Below are positions 37,331 through 46,577 of a DNA stretch of 64,000 bases, in pieces. The stretch is taken from assembly GCA_035504945.1 (NCBI GenBank), contig DATJRH010000032.1:184711-248710 (forward strand), read 5' to 3'. The DNA comes from Candidatus Aquilonibacter sp. GTDB taxonomy: Bacteria > Verrucomicrobiota > Verrucomicrobiia > Limisphaerales > UBA11358. The position numbers and the translations under genes were made by a program. Numbering within the stretch: position 1 is the stretch's first letter; each line of letters starts with the position of its first letter. The notes beneath the pieces are model-generated. The model searched no databases and was not told where the DNA came from. It worked only from the letters and a program-made list of their open reading frames with translations.

Positions 37331-39424
37331 ATGAATCGAACGAAATTAATTCCCTGGATTGTTTGTCTGGCCCTGTCGGCCGGCTGCGTCACTCAACACC
37401 CTCAAAGCAGCCCGATGGCTGCGCGCGGACCGTGGATGAACCAATCGCTGCCGCCCGGAGAGCGCGCTGAATTGCTCGTGCGCCGGATGACGCTGGACGA
37501 AAAAATTTCCCAGGTCCACATGGTGGACACGAAGGAGCATCCACGTGAAGTGGCTGGCGTTCCGCGGCTGGGAATTCCGCCGTTCAAAATCACGAACGGT
37601 CCGCTGGGTGCCGGGCCGGGCGACACCAAACCGGCGCTGCCGGCGACCGCGTTGCCGGCGGCATTGGCGCTGGCGGCGTCGTGGAACACAAATCTGGCGC
37701 GGGAGTTCGGTGAAATCGCGGGCAAGGAAGTCGCAGACCACGGCGACGATTTGATCGAAGGTCCGGCCCTGAACATCACGCGCGTGCCGCAGAACGGCCG
37801 CAACTTCGAGTATTTCGGCGAAGACCCGTTTTTGTCCGGGCAAATGGGCGTCGCGGAAGTTGAAGCCATCCAGCAGCAGGGCGTGATTGCCGAAATCAAA
37901 CACTTTGACGCGAACAGCCAGGAAACCGACCGCAAGGGCATCAACGAAATCATTGACGAGCGCACGTTGCGCGAAATTTATCTGCCGGCATTCGAGACCG
38001 TGGTAAAGGAAGCCGACCCCGGCGCGGTGATGGCCGCCTATCCCAGCGTCAACGGCGAGTTCTGCTGCCGGAACACGCATCTTCTCAAGGACATCCTGCG
38101 AGGCGACTGGGGCTTCAAAGGTTTCGTTCAATCGGATTACACGGCGACGACCAACGCCGTGCAATGCGCGCTGGCAGGACTGGACCTTGCGATGAAGCCC
38201 GACCACTACTCGGGTGAATTGAAAACCGCCATCATTGACGGCAAGGTGCCGAAGGCGGGCCTCGACGCGATGGTGGAACGGCGGTTCACGCAAATGTTCA
38301 AATTTGGGATGTTCGACCACACGCGCACGCCGCAGCTAATTCCAGCGAAGGAAGACGGCGCGGTCGCCCGCTCGATTGCCGAGCAATGCGCCGTGCTGTT
38401 GAAGAATAACGGCGACACATTGCCGCTCGACACGAACACAATTCATTCAATTGCCATCATCGGCCCTTACGCAAACGTGGCCAGCACCGGCGGCGGCGGC
38501 AGTTCAGCCGTCAAACCACTTTACACCGTGACGCCGCTGGACGGAATCAAACACCGCCTCGGCACGAACGTCGTCGTGACATTCAACAACGGCACGAATG
38601 TCGCGGCAGCGGCAGCGATGGCAAAATCCGCCGATGTCGCGCTGGTTATCGTCGGCAACAAGGACAGCGAAGGACACGACCGTCCGAATCTCTTGCTGCC
38701 TTACAAACAGGACGCGCTCATTTCGGCCGTGGCGGCGGCCAATCCAAAAACGATTGTGGTTTTAAAAACCGGCGGGCCGGTGTTGATGCCGTGGCTCGAC
38801 CAAGTGCCGGCCATTCTTGAAGCGTGGTATCCGGGTGAGGAAGATGGAAACGTGGTGGCGGCGCTTTTGTTCGGCGATGTGAATCCGTCCGGCAAATTGC
38901 CGATGACGTTTCCGAAGACCGAATCCCAAGTGCCGGCTTCCTCGCCGGAGCAATATCCCGGTGTCAACGGAACGGCTATTTATTCCGAGCGGATGCTGGT
39001 AGGCTATCGCTGGTATGACGCGCGGAACGTAGAGCCGTTGTTCCCGTTTGGCTTCGGTTTGTCTTATTCGACGTTCGCTTTGACCAATCTCGGCGTCACG
39101 CCGTTCTCTGCGGAAGGAAACGTCGTGGTGTCGCTCGACGTGACGAATACCGGCTCACGCGCCGGTGCGGAAGTGGTCCAGGTTTATGTGGCCGCGCCGC
39201 CCGACGCCGGCGAACCGCCCAAACAATTGAAAGGATTTTCCAAAGTCGAACTGAAGCCGGGCGAGACGGGGCACGTCACCGTCACGCTCGACCGGCGCGC
39301 CTTCTCGATTTGGAGCCTCAAGGCCGGCCAATGGGTGCTTGCGCCGGGCGTGCATCAGATTCTGGTCGGAACTTCCTCGCGCGATCTGCCGCTGCATTCG
39401 ACGGTGACCATACCAAACGAATGA
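37331..39424 (+). CDS. glycoside hydrolase family 3 (beta-glucosidase-like) lipoprotein
   Basis: Lipobox LALSAGC. GH3 blocks LDEKISQV, KHFDANSQE and GFVQSDY, followed by a C-terminal Fn3-like region. Confidence 0.9.
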   Translation: MNRTKLIPWIVCLALSAGCVTQHPQSSPMAARGPWMNQSLPPGERAELLVRRMTLDEKISQVHMVDTKEHPREVAGVPRLGIPPFKITNGPLGAGPGDTKPALPATALPAALALAASWNTNLAREFGEIAGKEVADHGDDLIEGPALNITRVPQNGRNFEYFGEDPFLSGQMGVAEVEAIQQQGVIAEIKHFDANSQETDRKGINEIIDERTLREIYLPAFETVVKEADPGAVMAAYPSVNGEFCCRNTHLLKDILRGDWGFKGFVQSDYTATTNAVQCALAGLDLAMKPDHYSGELKTAIIDGKVPKAGLDAMVERRFTQMFKFGMFDHTRTPQLIPAKEDGAVARSIAEQCAVLLKNNGDTLPLDTNTIHSIAIIGPYANVASTGGGGSSAVKPLYTVTPLDGIKHRLGTNVVVTFNNGTNVAAAAAMAKSADVALVIVGNKDSEGHDRPNLLLPYKQDALISAVAAANPKTIVVLKTGGPVLMPWLDQVPAILEAWYPGEEDGNVVAALLFGDVNPSGKLPMTFPKTESQVPASSPEQYPGVNGTAIYSERMLVGYRWYDARNVEPLFPFGFGLSYSTFALTNLGVTPFSAEGNVVVSLDVTNTGSRAGAEVVQVYVAAPPDAGEPPKQLKGFSKVELKPGETGHVTVTLDRRAFSIWSLKAGQWVLAPGVHQILVGTSSRDLPLHSTVTIPNE

Positions 39425-39494
39425 TGAGAGGCGCGCAATGATTTGTGCCAGAATAACAATCAATTGTCGGCGCCGACAAAAGGTCACAAATCCC

Positions 39495-41519
39495 ATGCGT
39501 TACTCAATTCTTCCATTCCTGTTCGCCGCCACCGTGGTGTTTTCACAGACGAATCAAACTTCCGTGACTTCGCCCGACGGCCGGCTGACCATCACATTCC
39601 AAACCGCGACCAACACGACGTCGGGCGATGCCGCCCGGCGCACGCTCTCGCCGCAATATCAGGCCGCACCCGGAGGCGGCCAGTTGGTTTACACGGTTTC
39701 GTTCCAAGGCAAGACGGTTTTCGAGCCGTCGGCACTGGCGTTGGATTTGCAAGGACAAAAACCGGAGCTGGGCCAAAACGTGAAGCTCGTGAACGCATCG
39801 GCTTCGCAGGGCGATGACGATTACACTTTGTTTCACGGAAAGACCAGCCATGTCAATGATCATTACAACGCGCTACAACTGGAGTTCAGCGAAACCGCCG
39901 TTCCCGGTCGCAAGTTGATCATTGAAGCGCGGGCTTACAACGATGCAGTAGCGTTTCGTTACCTTGTCCCCGCACAAACTGGCTTGCACGATTTCCGGCT
40001 GGTGAAGGAAGACACCGAGTTTCGGCCCGTGAAGGACGCGATGAGTTATTCGCTCGAACTGCCGAATTTCCGTTCGATGTATGAAAGCGAATTCATTCAA
40101 CTGCCGTTGAGCGCATTCTCCAATCAAGGTGGTGTCGGCAGCGAAATATTGATTGGCTGTCCGATGTTGCTTCATCTGCCGGGCGTGGCGTGGGTTGCCA
40201 TCACCGACGCGGACTTGCGCGATTATTCCTCGATGTATCTGGTGAATTCTTCGCGAAGCTGGCTCGGACACTGGCTCGTCTCCCGCCTCGCGCCGCAGGT
40301 TGAAAATACAAATCTCTGCGTCACCGGCACGTTGCCGCATCATTCCTCGTGGCGCGTGCTCATGGTCGCCGATGATCCGGGCCGCTTCATCGAATCCACC
40401 GTGATCACCGATTTGAATCCGCCGTGCGCCATCACGAACACGTCGTGGATTGAGCCGGGCAAATCGGCGTGGGATTGGTGGGGCGGCAGCCGCGGTCCCG
40501 ACGGCAAGAGCGCCCACACGACGGCCACCGAGGAATACTACGTGGACTTCGCCGCGAAATCCAGTTTCAAATACATGCTCGTGGACGGCGGCTGGTCCGC
40601 GCCCGGAGACATCACGAAAATGAACGGTTCGGTGGACGTGCCCGCCGTTGTTCGTTACGCCGCAGCCAAAGGCGTGAAAGTCTGGGTTTGGGCCGGCTAC
40701 GCGGATTTGAGCCGCCAGATGGACGAGGCGTTTCCGCTTTACGAAAAGTGGGGCATCGCCGGCGTGAAAACGGATTTCATCGAACGCGACGACCAGAAAG
40801 GAATGGATTTTTACTACGAGACTGCGGAGAAGGCGGCGAAATATCATTTGATGATGGATTATCACGGCGCGACAAAGCCGTCCGGCATCGAGCGCACCTG
40901 GCCGAACATCATGGGTTACGAGGCGGTCGCGGGCATGGAACAAAACAAGGCCGGCGCGCGGGACAATCCGCGACATCACGTCATGCTGCCGTTCACACGG
41001 ATGCTGGCCGGGCCAATGGATTACACGCCAGGCGGGTTCGACAATGTGACCGAGGATGAATTCGAGCCGCGGATGAACCAGCCGATGGTCATGGGGACGC
41101 GGGCGCAACAGTTGGCCATGTATGTCGTGTATGACGCGCCGTTCCAAATGGTGTCCGACTGGCCGGGAAATTACGAAGGCCAGCCGGCGTTTCAATTCAT
41201 CGAGGACGTGCCGACAACGTGGGACGAAACCAAGGAGTTGAACGGCGTTCCGGGTGAATACATCACCATGGCCCGGCGCAATGGAAACGACTGGTATCTC
41301 GGCAGCATGACCGATTGGACGCCGCGCACTCTGGAAGTTCCACTTAATTTTTTAGGCTCCGGAAAATTCACGGCGGAAATTTACGCCGACGCCAAGGACG
41401 CCGGGCAATTTCCGAAGCACGCTTCCATCGAGAAACAAACCGTGCAGGCCACAGGCAAGCTGGAGTTGCAGCTCGCCCCCGGCGGCGGCTGCGCGGTGCG
41501 CTTCGTGCTGGAACAATAA
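39495..41519 (+). CDS. glycoside hydrolase family 97 (alpha-glucosidase/alpha-galactosidase-like)
   Basis: Start at ATG 39495 with a signal peptide. GH97 blocks YMLVDGGW, KGVKVWVW, WGIAGVKTDF, HGATKPSGIERTWPN and EAVAGMEQNK. Confidence 0.85.
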   Translation: MRYSILPFLFAATVVFSQTNQTSVTSPDGRLTITFQTATNTTSGDAARRTLSPQYQAAPGGGQLVYTVSFQGKTVFEPSALALDLQGQKPELGQNVKLVNASASQGDDDYTLFHGKTSHVNDHYNALQLEFSETAVPGRKLIIEARAYNDAVAFRYLVPAQTGLHDFRLVKEDTEFRPVKDAMSYSLELPNFRSMYESEFIQLPLSAFSNQGGVGSEILIGCPMLLHLPGVAWVAITDADLRDYSSMYLVNSSRSWLGHWLVSRLAPQVENTNLCVTGTLPHHSSWRVLMVADDPGRFIESTVITDLNPPCAITNTSWIEPGKSAWDWWGGSRGPDGKSAHTTATEEYYVDFAAKSSFKYMLVDGGWSAPGDITKMNGSVDVPAVVRYAAAKGVKVWVWAGYADLSRQMDEAFPLYEKWGIAGVKTDFIERDDQKGMDFYYETAEKAAKYHLMMDYHGATKPSGIERTWPNIMGYEAVAGMEQNKAGARDNPRHHVMLPFTRMLAGPMDYTPGGFDNVTEDEFEPRMNQPMVMGTRAQQLAMYVVYDAPFQMVSDWPGNYEGQPAFQFIEDVPTTWDETKELNGVPGEYITMARRNGNDWYLGSMTDWTPRTLEVPLNFLGSGKFTAEIYADAKDAGQFPKHASIEKQTVQATGKLELQLAPGGGCAVRFVLEQ

Positions 41520-41556
41520 CGACCAATAACGCACCGGTTCACAAAACTTAAAAACC

Positions 41557-43239
41557 ATGTCCAATCCAAATCAATCTCCGTCCCGCCGCAAATGGCTCGG
41601 ATTGACTCCCACTCTTGCTGCCGCCTCGGTCGGCACCGGCCTGCTCGCCCCGCGCGCGATGGCCGACGATCAGCCGCCCGCCGCCGGCGATAATTCACTC
41701 GGCGCGAAAATTTACAACGTCCGCGATTTCGGCGCGAAGGGCGACAGCACGACGCTCGACACCGCCGCGATTCAAGCCGCGATTGACGCCTGCACCAAAG
41801 ACCAGGGCGGAACCGTCCTCGTTCCCGCCGGAAGTTTTTTGACCGGGCCGATTGAACTCAAGAGCAATGTCACGCTGCGCATCGTCGCCGGTGGAAAATT
41901 GCTCGGCAGCACCGACCCGAAGCAATATCACCCGGCCAACGGAATTCCATTGCAAGGCGACCACACGATGGGCGACGGCAACACCGGCCTCGTCTACGCC
42001 GCCAACGCGACCAACGTGACGATTGAAGGTCCCGGCACGATTGACGGGCAAGGCCGGCAGCTTCGCGCCAACGGCTTGGGCGGCAAACGGCGGGCGCACC
42101 TCACATTATTTTACCGTTGCACAAACTTGACCGTCCGCGACGTGTATCTTTTCCACAGCGGCTATCACACCTGCCGGATTTGCAACTGCACTTACGTCCA
42201 GCTGAACGGCGTCCGCATCTTCAGCCGCACCGTCAGCAACAACGACGGATTTCATTTTATCAGCGCCCAGCACGTCGCCGTGTCGAATTGCGACGTCCGC
42301 TGCCAGGACGACGCCTGCGCCATGTTCGGAAGCTGCCAGTTCATCACCATCACCAACAGCCTGTTCAGCACGCGCTGGTCGGCGTTTCGCTTCGGCACCG
42401 GCATCGCCAACAACATCGCCGTTTCGAATTGCCTGCTCTATCAGGTCTTCGGCTGCCCCGTCAAATTGCGTTGCGACTCCGGCTCGCGTTTCGAGAACAT
42501 GTCGTTCTCCAATCTCGTTTTCGATCAAGTCACCGGCCCGATTATCGTCGCCGCTGGTCCGCAACATCTCGCCGGTGCAGGCCGCCGAAATTCCACACCC
42601 GTATCCAACGCCCCCGGCGTCATCCGCAACATTTCCTTCAACAACATCAGCGGCAATGTCATCGGCCAGCAGGATAAGCTCGACGATTCCACGTTTGCCA
42701 GCGGCACCAATCCCGGTGAACTTCACTCTTGCATTACTCTCAATTGCGTGAAGGGCAATGTTATCAAAAATATCTCCTTCAACGGCATCCGGCTCACCTT
42801 CGGCGGCGGCGGCACGGCGGAGATGGCGGCGCGCCGCGATTTGCCGTCCATCGCCAACGAATATTTCTCCCTCGGCCCGATGCCCGCCTACGCATTTTAC
42901 GCCCGCAACGTCCGCGGCCTCACGCTCGCCGGCGTGCGCTTTGAAACGGCAACGCCCGATTTGCGGCCCGCGCTGGTCCTCGATCATGTAACGGACGCCA
43001 CCGTGAACAGCCTCAACGTGCAGGGAAACAAGGACGCCATGGCCGCTGTTTGCCTTGTCGGCGCGCAGGATGTTTTGTTGAGCGCGACGCGATTGCTCAC
43101 GCCCGCCGCCGTTTTCCTGCAAGTCGAGGGCGCCGACAACGGCAACATTATCGTGGATGGCGGCGATATTTCCAAGGCGGCAGCGCCGCTGGCGTTCAAA
43201 AATGGCGCGAGTGAAAGTTCCGTGAAGCTGTGGGCGTAG
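41557..43239 (+). CDS. GH28-like beta-helix glycoside hydrolase with Tat signal, paralog 3
   Basis: SRRKWLGL..PRAMA Tat motif. Collinear with paralogs 1 and 2 (YNVRDFGAKGDSTT, NNDGFHF, CQDDACAMF, FSTRWSAFRF). Confidence 0.7.
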   Translation: MSNPNQSPSRRKWLGLTPTLAAASVGTGLLAPRAMADDQPPAAGDNSLGAKIYNVRDFGAKGDSTTLDTAAIQAAIDACTKDQGGTVLVPAGSFLTGPIELKSNVTLRIVAGGKLLGSTDPKQYHPANGIPLQGDHTMGDGNTGLVYAANATNVTIEGPGTIDGQGRQLRANGLGGKRRAHLTLFYRCTNLTVRDVYLFHSGYHTCRICNCTYVQLNGVRIFSRTVSNNDGFHFISAQHVAVSNCDVRCQDDACAMFGSCQFITITNSLFSTRWSAFRFGTGIANNIAVSNCLLYQVFGCPVKLRCDSGSRFENMSFSNLVFDQVTGPIIVAAGPQHLAGAGRRNSTPVSNAPGVIRNISFNNISGNVIGQQDKLDDSTFASGTNPGELHSCITLNCVKGNVIKNISFNGIRLTFGGGGTAEMAARRDLPSIANEYFSLGPMPAYAFYARNVRGLTLAGVRFETATPDLRPALVLDHVTDATVNSLNVQGNKDAMAAVCLVGAQDVLLSATRLLTPAAVFLQVEGADNGNIIVDGGDISKAAAPLAFKNGASESSVKLWA

Positions 43240-43250
43240 ATTTATTCCCG

Positions 43251-43289
43251 CCAAATAAAAAGCGGGACTTGGTTTATCCAAGCCCCGCT
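43251..43289 (-). terminator. rho-independent terminator of the RRM gene (may also stop the convergent CAZyme operon)
   Basis: AGCGGGACTTGG-tttat-CCAAGCCCCGCT (11 of 12 bp paired). On the minus strand it is followed by TTTTATTTGG. Confidence 0.7.
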
Positions 43290-43307
43290 GTGAAAACTTA
43301 ATTGCGC

Positions 43308-43613
43308 TTAGTAGCGGCGGCTGCCGCCATATTCACAACGACCACCACCACCGCCTGTGCGCTCTTCGCGCGGCTTGGCGACGTTGACCGTGAGGGCGCG
43401 ACCGTCCATGTCTTTGCCGTTCATGCCTTCGATGGCCTTCTGGGCCTCCTCGGCGGAACTCATGGTAATGAAGCCGAACCCGCGCGGACGGCCGGTTTCC
43501 CGATCCATCATCAGGTTGGTTTCCGTAACGGTGCCGAACGCCGCGAACACGTCATTCAGGCTGTTTTCTGTGGCATTGAAGGAAAGATTTCCGACAAATA
43601 ATTTATTGCTCAT
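43308..43613 (-). CDS. RNA-binding protein with RRM domain and Gly-rich tail
   Basis: RNP-2 LFVGNL, RNP-1 RGFGFITM, and a C-terminal GGGGG tail. Confidence 0.9.
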   Translation of the reverse strand: MSNKLFVGNLSFNATENSLNDVFAAFGTVTETNLMMDRETGRPRGFGFITMSSAEEAQKAIEGMNGKDMDGRALTVNVAKPREERTGGGGGRCEYGGSRRY

Positions 43614-43842
43614 GTGATGTTTTACTGTCCGACAAACCGGTGCTTTCTACAGACTGTTCCCGAACATCGGGCTAAAATCATCACTGAACCAGGTTCACTT
43701 GAGGATTCACCATGCCTTGAAAGAAACAAGCTATCTAACAGACACAGTCATTCTCGCTCATTCTGCCGCAATAGCTACAACTATCGGCAACTATTTTTGG
43801 ACGCTGTCACGCCGCCTGTGCCGAATAAATTCGTGTCCGTTG

Positions 43843-43870
43843 TTTACATTGGTCGCCGACCGGCCATAAT
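43843..43870 (+). promoter_or_regulatory. sigma-70 type promoter candidate
   Basis: TTTACA-N16-CATAAT, about 60 nt upstream of the small ORF at 43932. Confidence 0.4.
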
Positions 43871-43931
43871 GAGGTTGCCTTCGGAGAAACTGAAATGCCG
43901 CAGGCAGGTCAATCGCAGAGACATCAAAAAT

Positions 43932-44042
43932 ATGGGCGACAAATCCCCGAAATCCAACCAGAAAAAATCCTCACAGAAACAAGCCAAGGCCAGCGCTGCC
44001 AGCCAGAAGAAAGGCGCAGCCATGGCCGCCAAGAAAAAGTAA
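43932..44042 (+). CDS. small Lys-rich hypothetical protein (36 aa)
   Basis: MGDKSPKSNQKKSSQKQAKASAASQKKGAAMAAKKK. It is preceded by a candidate promoter and followed by the perfect 8-bp stem CTCCTGAT-gtaaaa-ATCAGGAG (44063-44084). There is no homology evidence. Confidence 0.3.
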   Translation: MGDKSPKSNQKKSSQKQAKASAASQKKGAAMAAKKK

Positions 44043-44147
44043 CCGTTCGTTGCTTGCTGTTTCTCCTGATGTAAAAATCAGGAGGGACAGATTCCCTCGA
44101 CAAGAACCCCGCTCGCCAGTTCCAGGTCTGGTTCGTAAATTATCCCG

Positions 44148-44381
44148 ATGAAGTTGTGCCAGGGCCAAATCTGGAAACAGAGCAGGGAATATATCCGCAT
44201 CGTGCGCCTTGAGCGGCACGAAGTGGAATACAAGTCCATGACCAGCCTCGCCGCCAAGGAAGGCACCCGGCACGTCACCAGCAAAAAAGATTTCTGCCGC
44301 CTGCTTAAAGGCGCGCATCAGCTTCAGCCTGCCAAAACTCCGAACCCGCCCGCAGTTGCGACGCCGCTGCCGCTCCGCTAA
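44148..44381 (+). CDS. small conserved hypothetical protein (77 aa), intact member of a two-copy family in this window
   Basis: MKLCQGQIWKQSREYIRIVRLERHEVEYKSMTSLAAKEG..KKDFCRLLKGAHQLQP. A paralogous sequence at 54283-54486 aligns at protein and DNA level. Confidence 0.45.
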   Translation: MKLCQGQIWKQSREYIRIVRLERHEVEYKSMTSLAAKEGTRHVTSKKDFCRLLKGAHQLQPAKTPNPPAVATPLPLR

Positions 44382-44390
44382 ATTCGCCGC

Positions 44391-44999
44391 ATGGAAAAGA
44401 ACCGGCTGGAGGCGTTCAGCGACGGCGTGCTCGCCATTATCATCACCATCATGGTGCTGGATTTGAAGGTGCCGCAGCCGACCGAACAATTGCCGCACCC
44501 GGACACGCTCGCCGCCCTGAAACCGTTGCTGCCGGTCTTCCTGACCTACGTGTTGAGTTTCATTTACCTCGGCATTTATTGGAACAATCATCATCACCTG
44601 CTCAAGGCCGCGCACAAGGTCAACGGCGCGATGATGTGGGCGAATTTGCACCTGCTGTTCTGGCTGTCACTCTTTCCGTTCGTCACGGGCTGGCTGGGCG
44701 AAAATCATTTCACCACTGCGCCCGCGGCGATTTATGGCGCGGTGCTGCTGATGGCGGCAATCGCGTGGTATATTTTGCAGACTCTCATCATTGCCCGGCA
44801 AGGCCGCGATTCAAAATTGGCAAAAGCCATCGGCCGGGATTTTAAGGGGAAAATTTCACCGTTGCTTTACGCCACCGGCATTGCGCTGGCGTTTTTCCGG
44901 CCGTGGATTTCCTGCACCATTTACGCGCTGGTGGCGTTGCTGTGGCTCGTTCCCGATCGCCGCATCGAGCGCGTGGTGGAGGAATCGCCGGACAGTTGA
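44391..44999 (+). CDS. TMEM175/DUF1211 family membrane protein (putative K+ channel)
   Basis: N-terminal signature RLEAFSDGVLAIIITIMVLDL and six predicted TM helices. Confidence 0.8.
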   Translation: MEKNRLEAFSDGVLAIIITIMVLDLKVPQPTEQLPHPDTLAALKPLLPVFLTYVLSFIYLGIYWNNHHHLLKAAHKVNGAMMWANLHLLFWLSLFPFVTGWLGENHFTTAPAAIYGAVLLMAAIAWYILQTLIIARQGRDSKLAKAIGRDFKGKISPLLYATGIALAFFRPWISCTIYALVALLWLVPDRRIERVVEESPDS

Positions 45000-45032
45000 T
45001 TGGAGATATTCCTGAACACGCGCCGTCTCAAT

Positions 45033-45329
45033 TCATCCGCCCGCCATGGCACCGACAATCAAAAAAGGCTCCGCGCCGCTGACGACGGCTTCCGGCAGCG
45101 GCGTCTCCGGCGGTTCGAACGACAAATCTTCCTTGCACGCAAAAAACCGGACGAACGGGCGACGCTTCAACGTGCAGTGATCGCGAACCGTTCCGCGTAA
45201 AACCGGATAGCGCGCCTCCAGCGCATCAAGCACGGCGCACACCGTGACCGGTTCGGCAATTTCAAGCTCCACCTCGCCGTCCACACGCGCGAGGTTGCGC
45301 AGATGAAATGGAAGCACGACGCGGATCAT
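45033..45329 (-). CDS. MoaD/ThiS-like ubiquitin-fold protein ending in Gly-Gly
   Basis: Start at ATG 45329, in an ATGA overlap with the upstream stop. 98 aa, [14 protein letters not shown]...VGAMAGG, with the C-terminal GG directly before the stop. Confidence 0.75.
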   Translation of the reverse strand: MIRVVLPFHLRNLARVDGEVELEIAEPVTVCAVLDALEARYPVLRGTVRDHCTLKRRPFVRFFACKEDLSFEPPETPLPEAVVSGAEPFLIVGAMAGG

Positions 45330-46492
45330 CGCAACGTTTGCACTTCGACGGAATAAACCGCAGGCAAATCGCGGACGATGGCGTTCCACGAATTGCCGCC
45401 GTTGGCCGAGCAATAAACCTGTCCGCCGGTGGTGCCGAAATAAATGCCGCACGAATCGAGCGAATCCACAGCCATCGCGTCGCGTAGCACGTTCACATAG
45501 CAATCTTTTTGCGGCAGACCCTTCGTGAGCGGTTCCCATTCGTTGCCACCGGTCTTGCTGCGATAGACGCGCAGCTTGCCGTCTGGCGGATAGTGCAGAG
45601 AATCACTCGTGATGGGCACGACATAAATCGTTTCCGGCTCATTGAAGTTCACGTCAATCGGAAAACCGAAATCTGTCGGCAGATTGCCACTGACCTCGTT
45701 CCATTGGTCGCCCGCGTTGTCGCTGCGCAAAACGTCCCAGTGTTTCTGCATGAACAACACGTCCGGCTTGGACGGATGCAACGCGATGCGATGCACGCAA
45801 TGGCCGACTTCCGTATCCGGGTCGGGCAGCTCAAAATTGGATTTCAATCCGCGCGTGATAGGCTTCCAGGTTTTGCCGCCGTCGTCGGTGCGAAAGCAGC
45901 CGCCGGCCGAAATGGCGACGTAAATGCGCTTTTCATTTTTCGGATCGAGCAGAATCGTGTGAACCGCCATGCCGCCTGCGCCCGGTTGCCAGAGATTGCC
46001 CTTGGCCTTGCGCAGGCCGGAAAGTTCCTTCCATGTTTTGCCGCCGTCGGTGGTCTTGAAAATCGCCGCGTCTTCCACGCCGGCGTAGGCAGTGTCCGGG
46101 TCGGTGAGAGAAGGTTCGACATGCCACACGCGTTTGAATTCCCACGGATGCTGCGAGCCGTCATACCACTTGTGCGTGCCAGCCTCGCCTTCATAAACGA
46201 ACTTGTTGCTTTCGCCTTTCGGAAAACCGTCCGGGCTTTTCAATTCTTCTGTGCTGCTGCCGGGCGTGTTCCACGTTTTGCCGCCGTCATCGGAGCGCTG
46301 GATGATCTGGCCGAACCAGCCGCTCGTTTGCGACGCGTAAAGGCGGTTCGGATCGGCGGGCGAACCTTTGACGTGATAAATTTCCCAGCCCGCGAAATGC
46401 GGGCCGCTGACTTTCCAGTTCTTGCGCATGCCATCCGCCGTGAGGATGAACGCGCCTTTCTTTGTGCCGACCAAGACTCTGATTTTGCTCAT
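45326..46492 (-). CDS. BNR/Asp-box repeat beta-propeller protein (sialidase-fold-like, no signal peptide)
   Basis: Start at ATG 46492, preceded by aaaggaga. Asp-boxes [40 protein letters not shown] and SANGGNSW. Confidence 0.75.
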   Translation of the reverse strand: MSKIRVLVGTKKGAFILTADGMRKNWKVSGPHFAGWEIYHVKGSPADPNRLYASQTSGWFGQIIQRSDDGGKTWNTPGSSTEELKSPDGFPKGESNKFVYEGEAGTHKWYDGSQHPWEFKRVWHVEPSLTDPDTAYAGVEDAAIFKTTDGGKTWKELSGLRKAKGNLWQPGAGGMAVHTILLDPKNEKRIYVAISAGGCFRTDDGGKTWKPITRGLKSNFELPDPDTEVGHCVHRIALHPSKPDVLFMQKHWDVLRSDNAGDQWNEVSGNLPTDFGFPIDVNFNEPETIYVVPITSDSLHYPPDGKLRVYRSKTGGNEWEPLTKGLPQKDCYVNVLRDAMAVDSLDSCGIYFGTTGGQVYCSANGGNSWNAIVRDLPAVYSVEVQTLR

Positions 46493-46577
46493 AGGTTCTC
46501 CTTTCAAGTTAAACTTTAGGCCAAACTGCGGTGCAAATTTTTATCATATTGTGATGTTATCAGCCATAATTTGCCAA

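Noticed and set aside
43685-43697. Palindrome TGAACC-A-GGTTCA in the RRM-gene leader, sharing the GTTCAC hexamer with the pseudopilin leader element.
   Set aside because: The shared part is a single hexamer, the spacing and context differ, and a chance match is likely.
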